Positions 28,809 through 42,177 of a stretch of DNA of 64,000 nucleotides are shown in pieces. The notes under the pieces are model-generated. The model did no database searches. It saw nothing but the letters and a program-made list of their open reading frames with translations, and was not told where the DNA came from. Position 1 is the stretch's first letter, and each line of letters opens with the position of its first letter. This DNA is from Octopus sinensis (taxonomy: Eukaryota): NCBI RefSeq assembly GCF_006345805.1, contig NW_021836291.1, positions 124,001-188,000 on the forward strand, given 5' to 3'. The position numbers were made by a program, and so were the translations under genes.

Positions 28809-29920
28809 ATGGCAGGGAATAAAGAGAACGTTAAATATTGTGCTTTTTTGTAGCAAGTCCTCAACATGCGGGAACAAATGCAGACTACAGTCGTGGAGTT
28901 ACAAAAATATTTTTGCCAACAGATTGAAGAAATTGAAGACAAAAAACAGTTTAACATTGAAAACTGGACAAAAAATGTAATTGAAATCAAACAAACAGCA
29001 GTGCGGGGACGGGAATACAGGAGAAGGACGAACTTGCTCACTAGAGGACGGGCGAGTGATTGAACGATGTGGAGTCTGTGTGTCAACAATAATGGGAAAG
29101 TTTTCTCCTGAAGCAATGATTTCCATTAAATTAAGGTAAAGAGCAGTTGATTAAAGATAGTAGACACTCAAATGTTAGCGAGGACGACAGTCGGTTTTTT
29201 GTGACAGGAATCAGTGTGATAGTCCATCCTGTTTAATTATTGTTATTCATATCAAGCAAAACCCACACGTCTGCTCTCTCCATTTCAACTATCGTTACTT
29301 TGAGGTTATGGGGAAGGATGGGAACTGGATTTGGTGGTTTGGAGGAGGGACTGACTTTACTCCTTATTACGTCGACCGGAAACAGTTCTCCACTTTTCAT
29401 AGTGTCCTCAAAACAGCCTGTGACCAACTTGACCCTGCTTTATTCCCTGTGTTTAAGATGCAGTGCGATAAATACTTCTACCTTAAAAAAAGAGGTTAGT
29501 TCAAGTTTTACTACTCTCGGACGAGTGTTGCGGAGTCGGGGGCATCTTCTTTGACGATTTGAATGATTATCCTCCACTTGACTTGCATGCCTTTGCTAAT
29601 AGGTGTGCAAGGGTCACGTCTGATACTTATGTTGCTTACATGAAAGACAAGACCAAGACCGCCTTTTCCCAAAAAGAACGGGATTGGCAGCTGCTTAGAC
29701 GAGGAAGATATGTTGAATTCAATCTCTTGTATGACCGAGGAACCAAGTTTGGAATATTTTCTCCCATTGTTCGAATTGATAGTATCTTTCTGTCACTCCC
29801 TCGTGTTGCGGTAGGTTCAATTGTTATTTTTAGATGTGGGAGTACAATCACCCAATCGAAGAAGGTTCCCCCGAAGAAGAAATGCTTAATTTGCTCAAAA
29901 ATCCTTGTGACTGGATTTAA
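28809..29920 (+). CDS. CPOX: CPOX copy 2 (diverged, possibly pseudogene)
   Basis: Colinear with copy 1 including introns and 3' flank; intron 29495-29520 ends GG not AG; RGVGG changed to CGVGG. Confidence 0.75.
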
Positions 29921-31303
29921 TTCATATATACTAGCTTAATTATCTAAAAATATATTCCTTGTTTTACAGAAAGCTTTTAATTTTTAAAAAACCATTTAAT
30001 TGATTGGTTTTTTATGGTTATTTAGAAATTTACTTTTAAACCACAGTAAATAGTTGTTTTATATTTTTTGTTTATGCTTGATTAGTCTTTTGTTTATCGA
30101 ATACCAAATTTAATAACTTTGTCAACAGCTGTGCTATTAATGTAATAAGATGTAACATAGGGATTATGTCAAAAAGCATATCGAAGTAGTAAGATGCATT
30201 TATTTTTATGTGTGTTGGGAATTTGAACTCACAAACACAAAGAAACTTAAAAACACTCGGTCAATTTGAATTAGAAAGTTGAAATCAGAGTCGACACAAT
30301 TATAAAAACAAACATAGTTTTGTAACAAAATAAAGCCGATTTGTTTCTGTTTAAAAAATAAAAAATAAAATTTTTTTATTTGAAGTTGGGATAACATTTC
30401 AAAATTGAAAGTAATGGAATTTGGAAAAATGAGAAAAACGGTTTTTTATCAAAGGGCTAAAATCAATTCATTATGAAAAAGTAAAAATAGTACCCATTGT
30501 ACTAGAATAGGTATGTAAATTTTCACAATATGCACGATCTCTTAACATCAATGAGAGGAAGCATTCATACATGCAATCACTCACTATAAAAAAAACTTCA
30601 AAGAACGTGATTGATTCTTACATAAACAAAGTTGAACTGTATTGACTTCAAGATTCTGATAAAACATTCTTAACGAATTCCCAGCTACAATTAATAAAAT
30701 AGACAATCAAATGTCATATATCGAGTCCAAAACTAAAAGTCAAACATTTTTTTCCGATGGTAAAGGGTAAGTATCTTCTTCAATCTAAAAATTTTTGTAA
30801 TTAGAATAGGGTTTTCCAAAGAGTTAGAACCGTCACCTATAAAAGAAATCTGAAGCGTTCTTTAAATTAACATACAGGTATCACGATATATTATGTAAAA
30901 GGATTCTCACTGGTATGTTTATAATGGCTCTGTAATTCAAGAAGATAGCCGAGACTTGGCTAGTTTATGAGCTGATTAAAAGACTTGTTTTGCTCTGAAT
31001 AATTTTTTTTAATATCTTGGATTTGTGATTTCTATCACTAAATTTGTTAAGGATACTTACATTAGATGTAAGATGTTTCAGTTTTTAAACTAAGCTAAAT
31101 ATAAAGAATTTTGATTTTTTAAATAACGTAAGACATCTAACCAGGGTATCACATATCTTAAGAAATAAGTACCATTTAAAAAATAAATGTCATCATGCCG
31201 TTTTTACAAAATAAATGCCATTTACGGTTGGTCTATTTATAAGAATAAAGTAAAGTAATTATTTATTAGTCATCAAAAAAACATTACGATATCCTTCGAA
31301 AAA

Positions 31304-33622
31304 CTAAATTTTAATGTAAATCTTTGTGAGAGTGCTTTTTTTGGAGGGTTTTTGGAATATACTACATCGGTCCTTGTTAAAATATGCATAGTTCCATTTC
31401 ATTTTATTATTGCACCAAGAATGAAAGAGACAACTCACCAAAACGGTGCCTTTCTTGCGACAAAGTGGGTAGCAAGGATCATCTCCAGCCATGGTTTTTT
31501 GAGCAATGACAATTTTGTATGACTTTTTTAATAAAAGTCCGCACACAACTCTGGCCTGGAATGTATTTAGATATGAAAAGTCACCGAATTGTCTTTTTCT
31601 GAATAAACAGCGCACTGCGAGCTAGTTATAATAGACCCATAGCAGCCATAAACACTATCACACCCACATCCAATGACTGTATAGTTTTCTGGACAAACTG
31701 CTTTTGAGAACTTCCCGAAATTTCCTGTGATTCCGACAATGTTTTTGAAATATTTTGAAATTATAGATTTTTTCTGTATTGCTAATTTTCCCATTTTTGG
31801 TTCACTGTCAAAATAATGTAAATTTGAAAACTTTTCAGATGAGGTTTCAAAGTAGTTATTTGGAAAAAGTGAAAAAGTTTTTTCGCTATTTTCAAGAGCA
31901 TTTCCAGATTTTATGCACAAAGCACTTGCCTTGAGACATAAAATACTCAAATTTAAACTTGAATTATGATATTTTTAGCGGTTGGATGTACACAACATTC
32001 ATTATTTTTAACCGATGCCACAGAATGCTTAGATTTTATGGCAGAACATCCGGAAATGTCATATTTTTGTGGACATTCCGCACAAACGCTAATTTTCTTA
32101 TCAGAACTTTCAGATAATAAAATTTTACTGTGGACTTGTTTTACCAAATTCTCTAAAAATGAATAAAAATAACAAACTTTTACAGACTGCAACAATTAAG
32201 GGAGAGTCTGTAAAAATATAACAAAAATTGTTTTTTATCTCAAAGTTTTCAAAACGGGCTCTAAAAATAAATTTTAAGAGTACTTATTTTGTAGCATGCA
32301 ATTAATTAGAATTTCGTCTTTATTGCAAGAAGTGGAATGCAATTTGAGTCCTTTGAACTGTATTGGACGATATGTTATAAGGGAGTGTGGATCAGGCAGA
32401 CAGAATACAACGGACTGGGATTTAAAACTAAAATAAACTTTTCTATTGGGATGATTGGAAAGACATCCATTATTTATGTAGTGAGCTGACTCGTCTTGGG
32501 AATAGCAATGGGTGAGTTTGGTTCCTTTGTAGCAGGCTGAGGGGATCGACGAATCGGAAAATATTCGCTCAGATTTTGGGACTGAGAATATAAGAAAACA
32601 CAACCTATTGAAACTGTTTTGATAACACATCCTTCACACAGAATCCTTAATTTACAGTACTGGTCCATGTTATGAACAATGGTAGAGAAATCCAGGCCGG
32701 AACTAAATACTCACTTTAAATATTGCCCTGGTTTTATCAGACAGGCAGTAACGTATTTGGAATACAAGTTCCCCATTTTCTGCGTTTCAATCACAGTTTT
32801 AAGTTCCTTGTTTTTTACACAGCGAATTTCAGCCTGAATGTGCATTCCAAATCAGCTTACCTTCACGTCTTTGTCATTGTTTTTGTACCCCACGATGCAC
32901 TGCCCGTCAATAATATCAGTCGATGCACATTTTGCAAAAATAATACATTCGCATGATTTTATGGTATACCCACATGGACATGCACCAATGGAGGTCACTG
33001 AGCCGTCTTGGGAAGTGACTGTGACTCCATTCACTATTTTGTCGATTATTTCTATAATAGAAAAATGCAATCAAACCCAGACAGGTTATTTCCGCAGTGA
33101 GAGGAATGTCGTTGTGTGGGTTTATGGCTTCAAATGTACACGAGTTGTCTTTTACGAATTTTCGATACTCTTCATAAGCGACAAATCTGGAGATTGAAAA
33201 CTAGATTGACTACTAACGGATGATGCATTCGACAGTCACTCAACACGGTGTTTGTAGGACATGTTATTTCCCCTTTCTCAAATATGATCCGAGTGTAAAC
33301 AATTGCTCTATATATGGTCATAGGGACACAGGTTCCTTTAGTCTATTGACGGGCTGACAAAATACGGGAACCCGAAAGTGACTTCCGTCTCGGGCACCTC
33401 TCGAATGACACATATTTCCTTGCACAAATGTTCCATCGGAGTAGCCGCTGTACTGACAAACAGCTACGACTGTATCGGGAGGGCATTCCACTGTTGAGAG
33501 AACGTTATTTTCCCAGTTTACATTTCCGACCAAATTTATTTCACCAATGACTAGTTTATACCATTTTTAGTAGTACATTGTGAGGTAGCCCTGATTAAAA
33601 CACTTATCAAAAAAATAATCAT
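31304..33622 (-). CDS. Secreted Cys-rich repeat protein (~9 modules, resistin/PCSK9-CRD-like)
   Basis: Signal-like MIIFLISVLIRATSQ; repeated CPxxxxVxxC..C..C modules joined into one ORF by ~11 tiny introns; 3' end uncertain. Confidence 0.7.
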
Positions 33623-34044
33623 TTTTTGACGATTTATTTAACTCTTTTATATATTTACAAAACTACAGATGTTTATTCACTTCACTAAATAACCTCCATT
33701 CTTAAAAATTTAACTGGTTTTAAGACTCATCAAAGTCTGAACATATCCAAATTAGAAAAAAACCGACCTGAAATTGTCTTCTAATGTAGTCTGCCTCTCA
33801 TATTTTGCTAATTACGTCCATATGGCAATTCGATTTAATCAGGTGTTGAATAACTAATTAATTCAAATTTCCTGGACTTTATGTCCCTGGAATATTGAAA
33901 AACAAATTCCTAAACACATATTATTTTGACCAATTTAAAAAACTTTGATGACCTGTGAGGACAAGTGCCACTTATTTAACACAATTTAAGAAAGCCACGT
34001 CATGATTACAGAAATAAATAAATTCTTGTATAACAAATCAGATA

Positions 34045-36055
34045 TTACAGATAATCAATGTAAGCCTGCATTTCACTCTTTTTGACTCCCTAACCTCAAA
34101 AACTCAATTAGACCTTCATTTCGAGAATTCGCTCCAACTCGGCAACGGAGGGATCATCGATATGCTGACGATACGAGTTTACAAATTCTGGCGGATCAGC
34201 CTCCCCTGCGCTAATAATGATTTTAAGAATGAGTTCAGAACGACTCATTTTCTCGGTCACATAATTCATATAACTGACTATAACAAACCGACCAACCTAC
34301 TGGGAGGAGAACGCATGTGTAAGGCCCCCACAACTGGCATATGAAGGAGCGACACTTTTATGTTGTATGTATCCAACAAAAACTACTCAATATGTAGAAT
34401 AAATACCTGTTCTGCAGCTAGAGGGTCCACTTGTCTCAACTTGAATAAAGTTTGAGTGAATTCCTTAGCAAACGACCTTAAAGTGACCAAATATAACCCA
34501 CGTGACAAAATTATGGCAAAAATGAATGAAATATCTCATAGTATGGGCCAAATTAGAACGAACGTGAGGAATCCAACTGGAAATTGTCTGTTCAATTTGT
34601 GTGACATATTCAATCGAGTGAGGACCCATCATTTTGAGGGGACCACGACACAAAAAAGTCAAATCGTCCACCAAGAGTGCAATCCCCCTCTTCAAAATGC
34701 TAAAAATAACCCAAAAAGTTAATTCCTATCAAAAGACGCTTCAACTTGCAATCTATTCGCGGAATCCACACAAAATCCAGCAGTAGATATAACTATACAG
34801 ACTGTGGATATATCCCCAGCTGTTAGAGGATGTTCTACGGAAGGAAAAGCTTGTTGGAGATGACTTGCATATCGGTTGATGTACTTTTTGTAAATAGAAT
34901 GTTCAGGAATATTCCCCAAAGTGACAAAAAGTTGAGGAGCACTGGCCAAGACCTGTGTTTCCCCCACAAGAGATTTGTCTTCAATAAATGTCTCCATCAT
35001 CTCTTCCATGGTCTTATCAAGACTGGCCACGTATGCATCCATATGGGGGGTGATGGACAAAGTTATGATCCCTTTGAAGACATCCCCTCGTCCTCCGTTC
35101 AGTCTCTTTTCCAAAAGATCTTCCAATTTATAAAACTTTCCAAATTCAGCGAAATCCGTTTTTCCTTCAGCCAATGACTGTTCTAAGGACTTTCTGGTGA
35201 TTTGGCACAGTCTGAGAGCGATTTTGAACGAGACATGCCAGTGAAGGGGGAAAACCCCCTCAAAATCTCTCTCAAAATATGCCAAAGTCCGTTTTATGAG
35301 AGTAATGTTAGTTTTAATGTCCTCTGACATTTGTCCCTCGTATAAATCCCCAAAATATTCACAAATCGAGTCCAATAAACGTCCAATACGCTCTTCTCCC
35401 ATCGCAATCAAAGTATTGGAAGCCTCTGCCAAAAGTGGAAGACTTTCAGTGCCTTCAACAGTCTTAAAAAACAGCCGAATAATTCCCTCAGTCATTCCAT
35501 CCTGTGTTTTCTCCAATTGACCAATTAAATGTGCAATTTCGGGGACCTCTGATAAAATCCTCAGTTTGTGGACTACTACATTGAGAGCTGTCAGCATATC
35601 AGTAGCATGGGAGTATTCGGCTGTCTCAGAGAACTGTCTGTTGTTTATTAAGAAGGATTACTGGAGTGATTGTATCCCTTTCATTAGCATGTGGACTTTG
35701 TTGAGGGTTCCGATCGTTTCTGATAGATTTGTCTTGGCTATGTCGAGTTGTCTCATGTCTCCTGTTATTCTGCTTACTGTTTCTTCTGATTGAGTTGCTT
35801 TATCTTTGATTTCGTCTATTTTGGTTAAAAGTTCTTGCACGTTGTGAGTCAATCCTGCCCACCCACGTGTGGTTTCTGTGGATATTACTGAAAATATTTC
35901 TTTGTCGATGGCTTCAATTCTGCTATGGACAGAGGAGAGGACCGTCTCCAAGTTGCTTAGGGACTCCTCGGTGGGGAATAATTCATTTATATACGATATG
36001 ACATCAAAATCTTGTGCTTCTAGGGGTCCGTTTCCTCACATAAAAATGGATTCAT
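34045..36055 (-). CDS. VPS53: GARP/EARP subunit Vps53
   Basis: DPL..DFDVISYINELFPTEESLSN, AT.SEETV..IT.D.RQLDIAKTNL, FP.HW.V, AEQ|FLLD; needs +1 nt near 36025. Confidence 0.9.
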
Positions 36056-36199
36056 TTTACCACAACGATAATAATTTTAAGTAGGAATAAATAATTTTAT
36101 TTAAAAAATTGCTATGTAATATTTTTTTAATTCTAAGTATTAAACAAACAAATTTAGTTTATAATTTTTAATAAAACTGGGAGACTTGACTGAGTCAAC

Positions 36200-37530
36200 A
36201 AAAATCGCAAAAATTATTGTATGGCAACTAAGAAGAGAAAGGAGTTTTGTAGTCACAGAGATCAAAAATGAAAAAAGGAATTTATGTCAGAAATACATGA
36301 AAGTGTCAGTGAAATTGAGAGGATGGGATACGGAACGAAAATGTTCCGTGCTGTCCGCCTTTTGCAGAGAGGAGTGTAACCTAAGAATATTTGTATTCAC
36401 AACAGTCAAGGAAGGATGTATTTTTAATAAATAAAAACTGGGATTATTGTTGAATACTTTTCAAGCCTTTTAAACAAGAATGATACCTCGACCTTTGAAT
36501 TGTTTGACAAATCACCAAGAAGTCTGAAATATACAAAGGAAACTGACTTGGCAATTAAAAAATTAAACAACAACAGGGCACCTGGACCTGACAAAATACA
36601 TGGAGAAATGATCAAGTATGCACCAAGCGAATTGACAGCCATCATTACGAACATTTTCAATATTGGGGCACATTCACCTTTGAAACTTGGGGATGGAATG
36701 TTAATTCCTTTACATAAACCAGGAAAGAGCAAGGGTCTCCGCTAAAAATCTAAACCAGTGATACTACTACTAACGACACTGAGAAAAATTCTATCTCTGA
36801 TAACTCTTAATATCTTCTGATGTTTACGATTTTCTGTCGCCAGGAGAGAGTGGATTCAGAAGGAGTCGCTCGAATGCAGACGCTGTCTGGTCTCATAGAT
36901 GGATATGTGTCAACGATACAAAAATGACTTTAAAATTCTGGGAGTGGACATGTCCAGTTGCGTTTGACACTGTCAATAGGAATCATTGTTGAACGTTATT
37001 GGGAGTTTTCTTGATGAAGGTAGCACTAGGGCCGTCCAAATTAACTGTACGGGTTGGAAACGAGTTATCAAATCCTTTCGGGACAACAATTGGAACACCT
37101 CAGGGGGGACTCTCTATCTCCGGTTCTATTCATAGTATACCTGAAAGCAGCACATGAGAGATCTCAGAACAAAGTGCGAAGGCCGATGGAAATATATACT
37201 CCATATATACATAGATTGTGTCAGAAAATGATCAGGAATTGCATCGTGTACCATAGAGGCAGTAGTTACATAAAATGGACACGTTTCACAGCAAAAACAA
37301 CTACGCAATCTACTGCGCGCCGAGAATTGAAAAAAAAACTCCTAACAGAAAATTATACGCTATTACACAATCAATAGAGGCTTTTTGTTTAAACACGATA
37401 ATGGATGATTACTTTAACAATAACAAACAAAACACCGTTCAGAGGAAGGCCCAGGGTAACTCTCCCTGTTGCACTAAACAAGGATCTCAACGGAATTGGT
37501 AGAAAACTTGATTTGCTGACGACTTGAAGA
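36200..37530 (+). mobile_element. Decayed RTE-type LINE
   Basis: LNNNRAPGPDKIHGEMIKY, LIPLHKPGK, GDSLSPVLFIVYL, RGRPRVTLP. Confidence 0.8.
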
Positions 37531-37727
37531 CCTACGGTATTCTCAGAGCAGACCCCCCTGGTGACAAGATTTTTCTGAACGTGCGGCACAAACGGGACCT
37601 TAGTTAATTTAACATTTTTTTGGTTCTGTGTACGTGCTATTAATAATAATATTTTTTTAATTATAATTTATTTAATAATTTTTATTTTATTTTTATATAA
37701 TAAATTATTAATTCAAACGTTCACGTG

Positions 37728-39781
37728 ATGGTTTTATTTGATCTTCCTAATATCTATTCTAAGATTATTAGAATCCAAACCGAACACGGAACCAAACGAA
37801 TAATACTGAATTCTCAAGAAACCTACACAAACCTCTACTCTAAAGTGCTTCAATCTCCATTTCTAACTCAACAGGTAAGAAAAGAACTAAAAATCAACGG
37901 AGAAAACTGGCATCTCTATTTAGACCGACAAAAAACATCATTTCTGCCTGTTTCATCACAAGAAAACGTGTCTTCTCTAACGTAACTGTCCTCCTAACTG
38001 TTAGGAATGGCCAACTTCTTTTCCTTCTGCCACTTTCCGGGGTTCGTTTGACCCCAATTCCCGAACCAGAGAACTCAGAAGACCCCGTGGATGTCATTCT
38101 CTCCAAAACCGACGCTCGAATTTACAAAAACTCAAAATATTGTCTCCATTCGACTGGTCGTTGTATAAATTGTAACTACGTGGAGCCATTTGACACGGAA
38201 TATCTGTCAAATCTGTCCCCGCCAGTCAAATTCCTCTCATTCCACGCCTTTTTGCGGAAATTGACTTGCCAGTATGTCTAAAGTGTCATTAAACAGGGCG
38301 AATAAGGGCTCGGTGTGTCTGCCTGTCACGAAATGTAAGATTGACCAGTCCTGTCCCCTCCACAAGCCATATCCGGCCGGGATCTGTTCTCGGTGTCAGC
38401 CTGGGGCCATCACGTTGAATCGAGCAGGTTTGTTTTTATTTGAAATGTGTGTTTTGAAGGAGTATAGACATGTGGAGTTTGTTTCTTTCGAAAATGATAC
38501 AATGGTTCAGAGGTTTCTCCATTTTTGGAGGAAAACTGGAAATCAGAGGGCTGGAATTCTGTTTGGGAGGTATGAAGTGATGGAACAAGTTCCTTTGGGG
38601 ATTAAAGCAGTCGTAGTGGCCATTTATGAGCCTCCTCAAGTGATTGTTGTATTTTTGGAGGGTTTAGGTGTCCAGTCGTGATGGAATTGAGTTGTTGGAG
38701 GATTCTCGGGAAGAGAATATTCGGTGGATATCCGCCCAGTTGGGATTGGTCGTTGTTGGGTGGATTTTTACGGATTTGGTGTCAGCAGATTCGAGTGCTG
38801 GGACTGTAAAGCACTTTCGGGGGACTGATGTTGTTTGGTGTGTTTATATTGCTAGAAATCGTATTATTTGAGCTCACAGGAATGTATAACTGCGGCCTAT
38901 CATCAGAACAAGTATCCGAATCCATGTAAATTGGCCGACGGGGGTTATTATGGGTCAAAATTTGTGACAGTCGTGGCCACTGGTTGTTCTAATAGAAATA
39001 CTTGCAGGTGGTCAAGACATGCAAATCCATCTCGAGGCATACCAGGCTTCTGTGCAGTGTATGGCCTTGGTGAAGGAAGGACTGCTTGTGCCCACTATCG
39101 GGTGTTCTGGGATGTCATATGTGAAGGAATCAACCGACAATCAGTATGTCCCTGACGTATTTTATGTGGTCGGTTACTTGGGGTGGTAATGTCTAGAAAA
39201 CTGACTGTTATGGCAATAATGTAAAACAACTGGCCAGACCAGTACCCAACGAGTTCCTCATTACTGAGTTGGGAGTGGGAACTCCCAAGACCAATGTCTA
39301 TTCACTCCCTCTTGATGTTTCTAAAACATTTTATGCGATTGAAAACAGAGCTGACCATTTTGAAGCACAAGTTTTATTCTTTTTAGCTATTTTTTAGAAT
39401 TTGTTGAGTTTTGCGAAGTATTGGCAGCAGTTTGGGGACGATTCGTTTTTGGAGTGCATAGGAGACTTTCACGTGCTTGTTTTTCTCACTAGTTCTGAGT
39501 TTTCCTCACTTGATGTGGAATTATGCCGTTTTGATATTTAGACTTGTATTGGGGATTTGTTGGTGGCTGTGAGGGACGGGAATCGTGATTTGTTGTCGAG
39601 GATCCGTCACGGAATAGAAATGAGGTCGTTGATAGAGCTTGTGGGAGTTGCTATTGACTCTGGTTGGTGTTGAGGAGTCATTTCAGTGCATTCTGGTGAG
39701 GAGATTGCTTGTTCGAGATGTACGTTTATTAATGCAGGGGGATCATCTCGTTGTGAAATATGTGAATTTCCGCTCAATTGA
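37728..39781 (+). CDS. NPLOC4: Nuclear protein localization protein 4 (p97 cofactor), ~13 introns
   Basis: M|IIRIQ..GTKRI, HKPYPAGICSRCQP, AIYEPPQ, VGWIFTDL, GSKFVTVVATG, C-terminal NZF CSRCTFIN..CEIC. Confidence 0.95.
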
Positions 39782-39889
39782 TTCTATTTATTTACTTTCA
39801 TCTTTTAATTAGTTATTGATTTATTTATTTTGATGCGCCATTTAACGCGAGTGCAGTGGGTCAAATTAGTCTTAGTCTTGTTTATTTGC

Positions 39890-40320
39890 TATAAAATTGT
39901 GTTTTTTATAACAACTGTATATATTTAAGTTAATTGTAATTCCGTGATATTTTTTGGATTATGTGACCATACTTTGACTTTTGATTATTTCCAAAGATTT
40001 TCAATCGGATTTAGATCTGTGGACTGACTTGGCCATTCAAGGGTAATAACTAAATGTTCTTCTAGCCATTTCTTGAATTTTTTTGCACTATGTTTCGGAT
40101 TATTGTCCGGTTGAAATTTCTAATTCCCCACAATACCACATTTCTTAACTGACGAAAAAATATTTTTTTAATATCACAGTATATAGAGCCATTCAATATT
40201 CCGTTTATTACATGAAGTTTCCCGGGACCCCGAGAAGAAAAACACCCCACAGCATAATACTGCCACCGCCATGTTTAACTGTTGTCTCGTATTTTTGGGT
40301 GATATTCATCTTTTGATTTA
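39890..40320 (-). mobile_element. Tc1/mariner transposase remnant
   Basis: [39 protein letters not shown]. Confidence 0.85.
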
Positions 40321-40492
40321 CCTCACACGTAGCTTGTATAATTTTTCCCAAAAATTAACGACGTCCTCTCAATTAAAGAATTAATGACTGCTAATTAGAA
40401 AAATACTGACTATTGTTTAAAAAAATTACCCCTCCCAAAAAAATTTCTCCCCAAAAATTTCTATCTTTGTCGCATCTGACCAAATAATATTA

Positions 40493-42177
40493 CAGTTTTC
40501 CCTCTATTGCTCGCCATTTTTGAGACCAAGCCAAAATTGGATAGTAAAAAATAATCAATATCTGATCTTCTATCAAAAAAATTGTCTATAATTTTTAACT
40601 ACCTATTTGAATGATTCTAAACTTATAAATAAATGTCTAAAAGATTTATTAAAAAACCAAAATTTATTGCATTTTCATTAAACTTTCAAGCATATTCACA
40701 TTTAAATGATCATCATGTGAAAAATATTTTTTAAGGTCCGAAACACTTTTTATCGCGTCTAGATGTGTAATACATTTGTTTCTTTCACAATCTTCAATAA
40801 TTGAACTGTCTAAATTGTCATTTTCATCGTTATTGTTTTGTAGAAATTCATGAAGTTCGTCATTTTCAGAGTGCGTAAAGTCTATAAACTCCTCTTCTTT
40901 TATGGGATCTGAGATCATTAATTTATCTATAATTTGTTCGAAATTTTTTATTTTATGCTCTCCTTTAATAGGCTCTTCAATGCTTTTTTCCCATTTGACG
41001 TGCTAAAAACATTTTGATATTGTATCCACCGACACATTTTTTCAGGCAAAATAAGGAAATAAGACTCTATCTTTCAGCGTTATTTTTTTATACCATTCAA
41101 TATTTGCTTACCGTTATTTATTTTTTCGATTATATGTTTAAATTTAAATTTGTTGAAATGCGAGTGGAATGATCTAATCATTAGATTCTAATGATTCCTT
41201 GATCCATCGGTTGAATCACAGTAGTTGTGTTTTTTGGCAAATATAAAACTCCTATCATACCTAATTCAAATTTTATTTTATGAAAAGGACAATGGTCTAC
41301 TACCAAAAGTATCTTTCTTTGTTTTCGTTTGAAAGTTTTATTCCAATTATACAATCACTAAATATTTCCACGTTCATCCAAATCTTTGAAGAATTTGTGG
41401 TATTTTAAATACTCATCAACGTTCAAGTTTTTGAAACACTTTGTTCTCTTAAACTTTCCGATCATCAATGGGTTATTTTATCAGATCCAGTCATATTTGC
41501 GCAAGGCATTAATGAAAATCTGAAAATTGGCTAAGAAATGTTATACCTATCTTTAAGTAATTTTTGTCTTGGTCGGTGTTTCTTGCAGACACTTTTTGAT
41601 GGATTGGTCCGGTAAAATACGCCTGTTTCGTCGGCATTATAAACATTTTCGGAACCATATTCATTTATTTTCGAAGAGATAATTTTTTTAGTCTTCGATT
41701 TTGTCTTTGAACTTATTTCAGTATTTCCTAATTCACAAGGAAAAATTCTTAGTTTTATATTGTGCCTTTTTTGAACTTTTCGAGTTATTCTTTACTGGAT
41801 TTAAATTTGGCGAGACCGTTTAACGCATTAAATTTAGCTGCTTTAGATAAATTATCTCATCATTGAGACAAACTCCAACAGATTCCATGTAATCTATCCA
41901 GGTAATGATCTCAGAATTAATTGACAAATTTCTGAGTTTCGAAAAACGAGAACTTTTTCCGTAAATTGGATTAATTCCAAGAATCTTCTGTTTGTTTAAT
42001 TTAAGATCGTAAAATATATGAAAAGTTATTTTTTAAATAATAAATTGTAATTTTTTTAATACTAAAATGTGGCGAATAAGAGAATTTAGCGAACAATGGA
42101 ATTTCCTTAGTAAAAAGGCATTTTTCCCAAAAATGTGGCGACTTATAGAGAAATGGCGAGCAATAGAGAGTAAACTG
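40493..42177 (-). mobile_element. Tigger/pogo transposon, decayed, with both TIRs
   Basis: TA-flanked 27-bp TIRs CAGTTTTCCCTCTATTGCTCGCCATTT (2 mismatches); NADETG, LVVDHCPFH, PKNTTTVIQPMDQGII. Confidence 0.9.

Noticed and set aside
34270-34300. Apparent 19-nt VPS53 intron
   Set aside because: Recounting gives an ordinary 23-nt intron
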